Source of the DNA: Planktothrix sp. GU0601_MAG3
Lineage (GTDB): Bacteria > Cyanobacteriota > Cyanobacteriia > Cyanobacteriales > Microcoleaceae
Assembly (NCBI GenBank): GCA_035193785.1
Contig: CP136572.1
Location: 2,484,578 to 2,548,577, forward strand
DNA length: 64,000 nt
Reading direction: 5' to 3'
Part shown: positions 10,846 through 20,458 of the stretch, one piece after another
Layout of the letters: every line of letters starts with the position of its first letter
Numbering within the stretch: position 1 is the first letter of the stretch
Position numbers and translations under genes: made by a program
The notes under the pieces: generated by a model
Seen by the model: only the letters and a program-made list of their open reading frames with translations
Told to the model about the DNA's origin: nothing
The model's database searches: none

Positions 10846-11814
10846 TTATTTTAACAGTTCTAGGGCTTGATTAATTCCGGCTCTAACTGACGTGCTACAC
10901 TCCATCAAAGCCTGATATTCAGATTCAGTTAAATCTAGTTCTAAAATCCGTTCTACTCCCCGACAACCTAACCAGGCGGGAACCCCCAGAAAAATATCCT
11001 TTAAGCCATATTCTCCTTGTAAATAGGAACAGGTGGGTAATAATCTTGATTGTTGACGCAAGATAGATTCCACCATAATTCTAATCGAAGAAGCGGGGGC
11101 AAAATAAGCTCCTCCTGTCTTTAATAATTGTACAATTTCCCCTCCACCTTGACGGGTACGTTCGACAATTTTATCAATGGTTTTTCGATCAATTAATTCT
11201 GTAATCGGAATCCCATTAACGGTGGTGTAACGGGGTAAGGGAACCATTAAATCCCCATGACTTCCTAATACGGTGGCGTGAATATTCGCCATAGACATTC
11301 CTAATTCCATGCCAATAAATGCTTGAAATCTCGATGAATCTAAAACCCCAGCCATACCCATAACGCGATGGGGTTCAATTTTTGTTGCTTGCCAAGCAAT
11401 ATAAGTCATTACATCTAAGGGATTAGTCACAATAATAAATACTGCATCGGGGGAATATTGAAGGGATTTTTGAGCCGCATCGACAACAATTTTGGCATTA
11501 ATACTAATTAAATCATCCCGCTTCATCCCAGGAATCCGAGGCTTTCCGGCCGTTATGACAATAATATCTGAATTAGCAGTATCGGCATAATTATTTGTAC
11601 CCGTTATTTGTCGGTCATGGCCTTCCACCGAACCAGCTTGCATTAAATCTAAAGCAATTCCTTGGGGCACTCCTTCTAAAACATCCAATAAAATAACATT
11701 GGCAATATTTTGTTCAATAATACGCTGGGCGAGGGTACTCCCGACTTTCCCTGCCCCAATAATAGAAACCCTGGTGGAATGGCAAGATGGAGGGAAGAAT
11801 GGAATCGATAACAT
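10846..11814 (-). CDS. mdh: Malate dehydrogenase
   Basis: IIGAGKVG, TAGKPRIPGMKRDDL, NPLD, LDSSRF, GSHGD. The ORF-track start at 11898 lies inside the transposon end, so ATG 11814 is preferred. Confidence 0.9.
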   Translation of the reverse strand: MLSIPFFPPSCHSTRVSIIGAGKVGSTLAQRIIEQNIANVILLDVLEGVPQGIALDLMQAGSVEGHDRQITGTNNYADTANSDIIVITAGKPRIPGMKRDDLISINAKIVVDAAQKSLQYSPDAVFIIVTNPLDVMTYIAWQATKIEPHRVMGMAGVLDSSRFQAFIGMELGMSMANIHATVLGSHGDLMVPLPRYTTVNGIPITELIDRKTIDKIVERTRQGGGEIVQLLKTGGAYFAPASSIRIMVESILRQQSRLLPTCSYLQGEYGLKDIFLGVPAWLGCRGVERILELDLTESEYQALMECSTSVRAGINQALELLK

Positions 11815-11885
11815 AATAGATAATGGGTAATATAGCAATCCGCACCTTCGAGACGAAGGTTGTAATATCTTATCGTAGGGGTTGG

Positions 11886-11949
11886 TGTCGAGTGTCAAAT
11901 TATTTGTCCGTGGTGACAGATCGTTATCCGTATTGACAAATTAATGTCA
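11886..11949 (+). mobile_element. CAST left end: terminal TGT plus three TnsB-binding repeats
   Basis: TGTCGAG-TGTCAAATTATTTGTC-CGTGG-TGACAGATCGTTATC-CGTAT-TGACAAATTAATGTCA, matching the TGTnnnn-TGACAAATTATnTGTC architecture of cyanobacterial V-K ends. Confidence 0.85.
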
Positions 11950-11960
11950 TTATGTTAAGG

Positions 11961-11990
11961 GGACACAACTGGACTCGCTTTCAACCCCAC
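11961..11990 (-). CRISPR. Delocalised homing crRNA: truncated repeat GTGGGGTTGAAAG + 17-nt spacer CGAGTCCAGTTGTGTCC
   Basis: GGGTTGAAAG is the 3' end of V-K repeats; the spacer reads like a tRNA T-arm plus acceptor 3' strand; it lies immediately inside the left end. Confidence 0.8.
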
Positions 11991-12053
11991 ATTCTTAATT
12001 TTAAAGGGATAAGCTGCGTAGAACCTTAGTAGTGGTAACGCTCCTATCGACTC

Positions 12054-12290
12054 TAACTCTCTTGCCTTTTCCTGGGGACTACCTCGAACTGGTTGCTGTC
12101 CCTCTTCGATCACAATTCCAATTTTTGCAGCTTGACTGTTGATATATTCTATTAATCTGCCGTAGCTCCACTGATGAATGCTAATGCGGTAATGTTTAGT
12201 GTAGTTTCGCCGTTTTTCCTCTCGCTGGCGGTTGAGTAAGTGGTAATTTTTACCGAGTAGCTGTTTGACGCTGCGGTAAGTTAGGGGTTT
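12054..12290 (-). pseudogene. cas12k: cas12k C-terminal remnant with internal in-frame deletion
   Basis: Manual translation: KPLTYRSVKQLLGKNYHLLNRQREEKRRN/YTKHYRISIHQWSYGRLIEYINSQAAKIGIVIEEGQQPVRGSPQEKAREL. These match the Cas12k motifs YRSxKQLLGxNYxLLNRQR and HxWSYGRLI...GSPQEKA. Confidence 0.9.
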
Positions 12291-13302
12291 AGGGTTGTTG
12301 GCTGCCGCTGATTATAGAAATTACATCTAATTCTGGTATTGAAAAGCGTCTGCACTCGGCAACGCTGATGGTATAACGAACATCGCCAACGCCATTTCGG
12401 ATATCGGCTTCAATAATTCTGGGAAAATCTCCCTTTACTTTGAAATAGTTAACTTCTCGTGGGGTATAGCCAATTTGTTCATAGTAGGGAATATGTATAT
12501 CCAGATAGCCAACTTCAAAAAGGAGTATTTCTAATTCTTCCTTTGCTATAGGGTCGTTTTCGAGAAGTGATCTAAGACTGGCGACAATATCCGGTAGAGA
12601 TTCACCTCGTTCTTGTCTAGCATCAAGGGATAGGTGCAGTAAAATCAGTGTGCCAGTGCCAGTATCATCTAGTTGCCGTTCGCTGGAGATCGCTAGTTTC
12701 TGATGCTGTTTAGCTGTAGTAGTTTTGACTTCAACAGCACAGTGTTGAAACTGAAAATCCTGTTGAGTTCCTTTTGCACCTGTCCAGGATTGGACTCCTT
12801 GGCGAGAGCCAAGTTGAGGAATGACAATCTGCCGCAGAAACCAGAGTTCACCATATAATCCTTGCTGTTCCGCTTGGCTCAGTCCTTCGGCATTATGTTT
12901 TTCTAAGAATGCTTGCCAGCGCCGCAAACGGGTGAAAAATGCGGTTACAGCGTTTTGTTCGTCTGCAATCGGGGCAATTGCATCAACAATGTCTTGTACT
13001 AATGTTGTAAAGATATCGCTGTAACGCGAGTTAATAAGTACAAGTTGTAGGGTGACATAGGCATCATCATCACCTTGCAGGGCTACACGCTTAACTTCAA
13101 AGCAGTTGGAATTAGGAAAAACAACACCTTTTCCGATTGATTTTGGCTTCACCCGCATCATCAGCAAACGTGCATTAGAAGGTCTTTCAATAGCGAGATA
13201 AACATCGTATATCACTTCTGGCAATAGGCGGCGGGTGATATAGCCAGAAGTTACATTTGCAGTATCTTCCTCCAGTAGTTTCCAGGTATTTTGCACTATC
13301 AT
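12289..13302 (-). CDS. PD-(D/E)XK motif protein (DUF4420-like putative nuclease)
   Basis: QQGLYGELWFL, WTG...QDF...AVEVKTT, ISSERQLD, FPRI; overlaps the Z1 gene stop (ATGA). Confidence 0.85.
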   Translation of the reverse strand: MIVQNTWKLLEEDTANVTSGYITRRLLPEVIYDVYLAIERPSNARLLMMRVKPKSIGKGVVFPNSNCFEVKRVALQGDDDAYVTLQLVLINSRYSDIFTTLVQDIVDAIAPIADEQNAVTAFFTRLRRWQAFLEKHNAEGLSQAEQQGLYGELWFLRQIVIPQLGSRQGVQSWTGAKGTQQDFQFQHCAVEVKTTTAKQHQKLAISSERQLDDTGTGTLILLHLSLDARQERGESLPDIVASLRSLLENDPIAKEELEILLFEVGYLDIHIPYYEQIGYTPREVNYFKVKGDFPRIIEADIRNGVGDVRYTISVAECRRFSIPELDVISIISGSQQP

Positions 13303-16074
13303 GGTTGACCAAATTCCTCTTGCCAGTACACATTGTTAACCTTATATTCAACCGTCTGGGCTGTTTTGCTATCGGGGAAACTTATCACAAAACCCATGAC
13401 AGGAATTTCCGAATTGATTTCTTCTGGATCTAGCGGATAAAGCAGCAGTAAGCCGTTTCTTGGTGAACGCTTGGAACGCAGAATTTTTCCATCAGGCGTA
13501 TTACTAGAACTTGGTGGTTTACCAACTTCTGCTCGCCGCCGCCGGGTAATTTCGATAATTTCATTACGAGTTTCTTCAGAGAGATCGATCCATTCATCGG
13601 ATGGACTCAGGAGGCGAGATTTGATGAGGCGATATTCCCCAGAAGATTCAGGAGAGGCATCCTTACGCAAAGTTAAACCAACTTCATTTCCGGCAATATT
13701 TCTCTTATTTTTGGCTCGATTACTTGATATAAGAACGACTGTCCAAGAGGTGAGTTCGTGGGGGAGTTGAGCCTTAATGTATTTGACAAGGAGTGAAGTA
13801 TTTGCGGGTTTACAATTCTCGTGAGACTGATAGCCTAACAAAAAATCAATGACTTTTTGAGGAGGAACCTGCTCCCAGATATAGTTTTTGTTTTCTTGTC
13901 TGGTATATGAGCCAACACTTATCAGTAGTTCTTCAGTAACTTCAAGGTTTTGCTGGTTTTTATTTTCATCCTTGTAGAAGATGGTAGTTTCACTAAGGCT
14001 TCTGGTGTAGGACAATTTCATCACAGTGCCTGTCTTCATCTTATTCGCCCCAGTAATTACCAAACCTTGCGGGTGCGTGCGAACTTTTAGACCAAATTCA
14101 TCAGGTGTTTCTCCTGCATCAGACATATAGTCAAACACCTGCCGGAGTTCTTCACTAGCAATAGTGATATGTTCATACCATTCAATTAGCTCATCAGTTG
14201 TGTACAATCGGCAAAGATCGAGATATCCTGGTCTGTATCCAAACCATCGACCCATCTGCATCAGAGTATCGTACATCTTTGAGGCTCGGAGATAATAGCT
14301 GACGCTCAGACCTTCCAAAGTTAAACCACGAGACAATTTATCACCGCCGATCGCAATAACGTTTAACCCTTGGTCTTTGTTGTCTTCATAGTTTAGTACA
14401 TCCTTTGCTTTGCCGTTGATTTTTTTAATCTCGATCTTAGAGGCAGCCCGGGATAGTAAAGGTTTAACTTCTTTCCAAGAAACTGAAGTTAGTTTTGGAT
14501 CATCTATGGATGAGGGTATGGATGAAGTAGTTGGCACAAAGTCATCTTTCCATAACTGCTCAAATTCTTCCTCTAGCTTCCCTGGTGCTTTGCTGTCGCC
14601 ATATCGCAGTCGTTTTTGTAGAGAAGTCAACTCCTCTTTGACTTGCTTTGCTACCTCAGATTGGACATCTGTAAAACGGGTGACATGAACTAGCATTGAG
14701 TTGTGTTCGTTCTCCTGTCCTCGCACAATTCTTGCAGCACAGCAAAGAATAAAAGCCCTAATTGCCTGCTTGAGAGACTCTGGAAGTTGACCACCCGGAA
14801 CGTGGTCTTTTTTGTGTTTATCTGGCATCCATTCTTTTTGGTCGTCCACTGGTCTGGTGATCTGTAAAGCTTCCGATGCTTCAAGACCAATTTCGGAATC
14901 GGTGTCTAGCCCAAATACCTGTACTGGGCCAATGTAGTTTGATGGTGCTGGTAAGTTGATAATGAAACTACGTGGAAACAGATCATCTCCAAATTCTGGA
15001 TTTTTTGTATCTTGATCAGGGTAGATGAAGATGTTGGCAAATGGTGTAGCTGTGTAACCCACATAAGCACTCTTTTCAAAACTTTGAAGCAGTTTCCTGA
15101 TTGATCCATTGATTGCTGAAACATCATACTCTTCCTGAACTTTACCTTTTTCATCTAATAGTGGGGGATTTGTGTTGATCGAGGCATTGTCTGCCTCGTC
15201 ATCAATGACGAGTAAGGGAACTCCTCTGACGATACGTTTTCCTGATTTTTCATCTTTATCCCCATGACGCAATGCCCACTTTAGGAGATTTTTGAGTACA
15301 GTTGTATTTTTTTTAACCACAAACAATAATGGATTTCCACCGCCTGCTGATACCCCAAACTGACCTGCTACTTTTTGATTAAAATCACCCTTATCAGTAC
15401 TGTTTGTAGCTGAATCAGCAATCAGCCTCTTTACAACAGGAATTAGCCCTACTCCAATGGCGGAACTCTCTTGAGTCGAAGCTCTGTGTAGTTGTGAGTC
15501 ATATCCAAGAAAATCTCTGTCTAATCGTAGCTGTGTTTGAACCCGTAAGTTATCCTGCATACCAGCAAGCACAATAATCAGTTTATATCCTGCATCAACA
15601 GCCTTGCAGATAAGACCAGTATAGTTTGCTGTTTTTCCAGACTGAACCTGTCCAACAACCATTCCTCTTCGATCCCAAGATCCTGAGCGTAAAGGGTTCT
15701 CTAGGCGTTCCAGAATAGAATTTGTCAACTCGTCTAAACCACTCGTTGTCGCTGGTGCCCAGTGCTTTTCTTCTTCCAAATAACGTACATAACGGTTCCA
15801 GAAATCCCAATTGATTTCACTGTTGCGGTCAGCCAGCCAAGGGATATGACCTTCTTTATTTTCTAGTACAGTACCTAGACCCATCCTGATGTTGAAAAGA
15901 CTTTCGAGTTTCCCGGACAAGTTTTTCCTCATCTACCTCAAAGGTACGACCATGATCGTTTCTGAGCATGGTGAGAACAGATCTAACTTTTTCCTGAATG
16001 ATTTGTTGGGTGGGTGTCTGTTCACTTTTCAAGTAAACTTGGGTTAACTGGCGAGCCATCTCATAATCGTTCAT
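13299..16074 (-). CDS. Z1-domain SF2 helicase-like protein (frameshift at ~15908)
   Basis: GQVQSGKT Walker A, IDDEAD, YTATPFAN, LSRGLTLEGL, QMGRWFGYR; the N-terminal 72-aa ORF joins by removing one base at GTTTC 15908. Confidence 0.9.
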
Positions 16075-16139
16075 TTTAGGTCTCCTCCATTTGTCTGCTT
16101 TTAGTTGTGAAATGCACTTGAGGTATAGCTGAAGATAGG

Positions 16140-17355
16140 TTAACCCCTTTCAGACTGAGCTTGGTAGTAGGCTTGTACTTGTTTTACAATTGGTCTGGCG
16201 ATCGCTTCAGCTAAAAGAGGGGGTACGGAATTCCCAACTAGCTCAAACATTCTCGTCATAGGTGCATCAAATACAAAATGATCTGGGAAACTTTGAAGTC
16301 TAGCAGCCTCTCTTACAGATATACTTCTAGTTTGTGTTGGATGGATATAGGCCAAACAATCTTTCTGCATATGTGCTGTTAGTGTCCATGAGGGTTTGTC
16401 CCAGTGCAAGCGTTTATACTTATCCTCAAAACTCTTATCGCTGTAACGTTTTAAATCATCAGGTATATTTTTATACTTACCCCCTTGAGGCATGATGCTA
16501 AATATATGCAAATCTTGATCATTATGCGAACGACACATATGATTCATTACCGTATCATAAGATTCAATTCTCATTAGCTTTTGATACTCGGATATAGGCG
16601 CAATTTTGTAATCTTTAGGAAAGTCGGTTTGCTTTGGTGCAGTGCTTTTCCTCTTCAAAGGTAAACATATAGGCTCTAATTCTGGTAAATCTCCAATTGC
16701 TTCCCCTACAGAGACAGGAGAAACCTGTATTCGCATCTGGAAACTCGAAAGTTAGATTCGTATCTTTACGCTTACCAACAATGAATAAGCGTTTGCGGAT
16801 TTGAGGAACACCGTAATCGGAAGCGATTAGAATTTTATAGCTAATATCATAGCCTGGATAATCATGGCTTTTTCTAGTTAATCCATTTTCTAAATCTTTT
16901 ATTAAAGTAGCAAATATCCAGTGATTCAAGAGAGAATTTACATTCTCAACCACAAAGAATAAAGGTTTATAATATTGAATAAATCTAATAAAATCTTCAT
17001 ATAAAAAATTCCTGATATCACTTTCAATATGTTTACCTAAAGACTTCATTTTACAAATGCCTACTACTGAAAATACTTGACAGGGAGGCCCGCCAATTAA
17101 AATATCTATGTCTCCTGGATAGAACCCGAGTTTACTCAAATCAGTAATAGATTCGATAGACTTAGCAGCACACATCATTTTACAATTAGGAAAATTTTTA
17201 TGATGAGTTCTTATAGCATGAGGATTTTTATCAAGTCCCCCTAAAATTTGACATCCAGCATTTTGAAAGCCTAAACTCATCCCACCTGCACCGCAAAAAA
17301 TATCGAGTACAGTCGGCATTTTTCTGTCTTTTATTTTCGACTTAAATTCTAGCAT
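16140..17355 (-). CDS. DNA (cytosine-5)-methyltransferase (frameshift at ~16720)
   Basis: DIFCGAGG (I), GGPPCQ (IV), ENV (VI), QIRKR (VIII), REAARLQSFPD (IX), GNSVPP (X). Confidence 0.92.
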
Positions 17356-17507
17356 AATTAAAACTCTGGGGTATTTTTAATAATTTTATATTCATTTACA
17401 TACAATCAATAATAATAAATATTAAATAATATAATATATTTTAGCTTTAATATTGATGTCTCTTAGAAAAATATCTTTTCAAGATATTGAGAAAACAGTG
17501 AGCACAA

Positions 17508-17740
17508 CTATACAATTATTTTCTGCCAATTCCTCATCTCTACAAAACTCAGAAAACACCTCTGACACCATCCATCCACAACGCCGGAACATTAAACCTC
17601 GGCCCGCAGTTAGGACACTCCGACAGCAACCGCAATTTGTGCCGATCGCACCCCTGCATCCCCTTAAACCGCCACTCAATCTTATGACAAAGCGACTGGG
17701 CATAACAAGCCCTACACAACCGAATCGGTTCCAACTTCAT
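17508..17740 (-). pseudogene. tniQ: tniQ C-terminal zinc-finger remnant
   Basis: MKLEPIRLCRACYAQSLCHKIEWRFK...CDRHKLRLLSECPNC..RFNVPALW, then a shifted frame WCQRCFLSFVEMRNWQK. Matches the V-K TniQ C-terminal half; the N-half is missing. Confidence 0.88.
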
Positions 17741-17763
17741 CAGAGCTACCAGTTTTATCAAAA

Positions 17764-17809
17764 GACAAATAATTTGTCAATTACAGGAGAGCAGACAATT
17801 AATTTGTCA
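17764..17809 (-). mobile_element. Inner right-end TnsB-binding sites of the CAST
   Basis: GACAAATAATTTGTCA (17764-17779) and GACAATTAATTTGTCA (17794-17809), inverted relative to the left-end sites. No clear terminal ACA or target duplication found. Confidence 0.75.
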
Positions 17810-17929
17810 AAATCCTCCCTTGTCGAAGGAAGGTGTCAAAATGGATCAAATTGCTATAGATGTTTAATATACACCTTAAATGATGGAAATTTCTGTAGGA
17901 TTACTATAGTATTTCTTCAACTGATAACT

Positions 17930-17992
17930 GGTACGGGCGGGTTCTTTTAGATCTTTGTTAGTTACCCTAAATCTCGATGAACCCGCCCCTAC
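17930..17992. repeat. GTAG-family REP-like palindrome
   Basis: GTACGGGCGGGTTC...GAACCCGCCCCTAC; same family as the copies at 26571-26905 and 29668-29724. Confidence 0.75.
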
Positions 17993-18005
17993 AACTGATA
18001 ACTAA

Positions 18006-18218
18006 TTAAGCTGATTCCAACTGATCCAATCTTAACCAAATATTAGGGGTCGGAACTTGTCCAAATTTAACCAAAGCGTAGTCCCCCCGCAATTCCATAA
18101 TTTCCCCTTTAGTCTCAAAAATATAAGCAGAAAATCGAGAATCACTGGCTTTTGCTTCTAAGCTATTTTCTAACTTTTCCCGAACTGCGTGAACAAAATC
18201 ACCTTTTTTAATGGCCAT
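18006..18218 (-). CDS. ndhO: NAD(P)H-quinone oxidoreductase subunit O
   Basis: MAIKKG..V..VREKLENSLEAKASD.R...YIFETKGE...VPTPNIWLRLDQL. Confidence 0.95.
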   Translation of the reverse strand: MAIKKGDFVHAVREKLENSLEAKASDSRFSAYIFETKGEIMELRGDYALVKFGQVPTPNIWLRLDQLESA

Positions 18219-18341
18219 AACTCGTTAACTTCCAGTAGTTATATCTTCTCCCAATTTTAAGGGTTTATCGGGGTATCCGAGCAACTCCTTCCTTTGTGTC
18301 CTTGTGCCTTTATGGTTCCCTACACCATAAAAATATTGCCC

Positions 18342-19196
18342 CTAATGCTGACATTTCGGGCAAAAATGGGCCGACCGTCCGGCAAGTTTCAAACGTTCAA
18401 TGGGGGTTTCACAGACGCGACAGGGTTCTCCCGTGCGATTATAAACCCAAGCCGTACCCCCATAGTTGCCATTCACCCCTTGAACATTCAGGAAGTTACG
18501 AATGGTTGTGCCGCCCACTTCAATACTGGTTTTCAATACCTGAATAATATGGTGATGTAACTTTTCCAGTTGGGGGCGAGTTAAGGCACTACAGGGGGTG
18601 GTAGGAGAAATTCCGCTTAAAAATAAAGACTCATCCGCGTAGATATTCCCGACTCCGGCCACTAAACTTTGATCCAAAAGGGCAGATTTAATCAGGCGTT
18701 GACGCTTTTTAAATTGTGCTTGTAAATATTCAACGGAGAATTCTGAAGTGAAGGGCTCGGGGCCTAAATTATTTAACCCGGTAATAATACTAGAAACTTC
18801 TTGACCGGGCGGCACCCACCAAATTTTTCCAAACGTGCGTTGATCAACAAATCTCAATTCTCGATTTTCCGCAAAAAATAAACGAATCCGTGTGTGCTTT
18901 TGTAAGGGGTCTTGGGGGTTAACCCATAATAATTGACCTGTCATGCGTAAATGCACCCCTAACCAGCCTCCAGAGGTTCTCTGGGCATCTAATTGAACCA
19001 ATTCGGCCAGTAAATATTTCCCCCGGCGATGCCACTGGGCGATCGCCACTCCGGTTAAACCGGGCAAAAATTCATCAACGGAAAAGGGGTAGGCGAGAGT
19101 GCGCTGAAGCAACACTTCACCCCCCACAATTGTTTGGTTCAAGGTCACTTGATTCAGACCTTGCCTAACGGTTTCAACTTCCGGTAATTCCGGCAC
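18342..19196 (-). CDS. mutM: Formamidopyrimidine-DNA glycosylase
   Basis: MPELPEVE, RRGKYL, HLRMTG, GVGNIYADE, C-terminal Zn finger. Confidence 0.97.
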   Translation of the reverse strand: MPELPEVETVRQGLNQVTLNQTIVGGEVLLQRTLAYPFSVDEFLPGLTGVAIAQWHRRGKYLLAELVQLDAQRTSGGWLGVHLRMTGQLLWVNPQDPLQKHTRIRLFFAENRELRFVDQRTFGKIWWVPPGQEVSSIITGLNNLGPEPFTSEFSVEYLQAQFKKRQRLIKSALLDQSLVAGVGNIYADESLFLSGISPTTPCSALTRPQLEKLHHHIIQVLKTSIEVGGTTIRNFLNVQGVNGNYGGTAWVYNRTGEPCRVCETPIERLKLAGRSAHFCPKCQH

Positions 19197-19199
19197 AGG

Positions 19200-19433
19200 C
19201 TATTTTTTAGCTGCGGGTGCGGCTTTTTTAGCGGTAGCTTTGGGAGCTTCCACTTCCAACAGTTCGCTCACGGCAAAGTTGTTGGTATTGATACCGGAGT
19301 AGTTCACCTTATCAAAGCGAACAATCGCAGCATATTTGATGCCACTGGGGTCTACAGAAGCAACTGTACCTACTTCTTGATACCAGTAGGACTCTTTGCG
19401 TAGGACACGAACTTTAGAACCACGTTGAACCAT
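19200..19433 (-). CDS. psaE: Photosystem I subunit IV
   Basis: [21 protein letters not shown]...VRFDKVNY. Confidence 0.97.
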   Translation of the reverse strand: MVQRGSKVRVLRKESYWYQEVGTVASVDPSGIKYAAIVRFDKVNYSGINTNNFAVSELLEVEAPKATAKKAAPAAKK

Positions 19434-19582
19434 TGGTTTTTCTTCCCCTTTTCAATCAAAAAACGGATAAATGACGTTTAATAAACCCAGGGTACTACTG
19501 GATTGGGTGTCTAGGTTGATTTCAGTCTTTAAGTTTTATTGCTAACCCAGTCCTTGTCCCCCAGAAAGCCACATATAGGCTG

Positions 19583-19665
19583 CATTACCCATTACCCATT
19601 ACCCATTACCCATTACCCATTACCCATTACCCATTACCCATTACCCATTACCCATTACCCATTAC
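19583..19665 (+). repeat. Heptamer STRR (CATTACC) x ~12
   Basis: Perfect tandem run abutting the MORN gene stop. Confidence 0.95.
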
Positions 19666-20406
19666 ACTTTCTGGCCATCACGGAAACTACCTGGAAAACG
19701 TTTACCTTTGGCATCAATAATCGTTCCTTGGCCATGGGGAACCCCGCCCCGAAATTCTCCTTCAAAGCGAGTGCCGTTGGCAAAAGTACAGGTTTCCCTT
19801 GCCATCAAGTTCCTGGTTAAAAAATTGTCCCTGACAGCGACTGCCATTGGTGCGGGTGAATACCCCTTGACCAAAGGGAGATCCGGCAAAGAATTCTCCG
19901 TCATAGCGATCGCCATTCGCATAAATAAACTGTCCGCGACCACTGGGTTGACTACTGATCGTTCCCGCCCCTAATTCTCGCACCAGTTTAAACGTTCCAA
20001 TATAGCGATCGCCATTAGCAAAAATTACCGTCCCCTGGGTAATATTGCCATCTTTAAATACCCCAACAATCCGGTCATCATTACTAAAAATGAATACCCC
20101 TTGTCCATTGGGTAAACCATTCCGAAACTGTCCTTCATAGCGATCTCGGTTGGCATAAACCATAACCCCTTGACCGTCCGGTTTACCATTAACAAAACTG
20201 CCTTTATAGTTATCTCCTCCCTCATAGTTACATTTGACCATTCCCGTCGGCAAACTTCCTTCACAAACCGGAGGACGTTTTCCCTCAGCTTTTTGTTCTG
20301 CAATAGAAGGTAGGGGATAATTAATACTAATAACCACTGCTAAACTCGATAGAGTTAGCATCAAAAAACTCCACTTTCGGATTGAATAAACCATGGTTAC
20401 TCCCAA
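19662..20406 (-). CDS. Secreted MORN-repeat protein (frameshift at ~19792)
   Basis: Signal-like N-terminus and repeated Y.G.F.NG.P.GQG...ANGD motifs; the frames join at GTTTC 19792. Confidence 0.8.
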
Positions 20407-20458
20407 CTTTTTCCTATGAAAAAAACATACAAATTTCTCCAGATTAGATCTGTCCTAT

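Larger units (their letters stand above)
11886..17809. mobile_element. Degenerate type V-K CRISPR-associated transposon (CAST) carrying defence cargo
   Basis: Left end, homing mini-array, cas12k fragment, cargo, tniQ fragment and right-end TnsB sites occur in the canonical V-K order and orientation. tnsB, tnsC and the main array are absent. Confidence 0.85.

Noticed and set aside
11815..11898. N-terminal extension of mdh in the ORF track
   Set aside because: The start falls within the CAST left end; ATG 11814 gives a normal-length enzyme.
17453..17950. 165-aa plus-strand ORF
   Set aside because: It is antisense to the tniQ remnant and runs across the transposon end, with no recognisable motifs.
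19539..19820. ORF with ITHYPLP repeats
   Set aside because: It is a translation of the CATTACC heptamer repeat.
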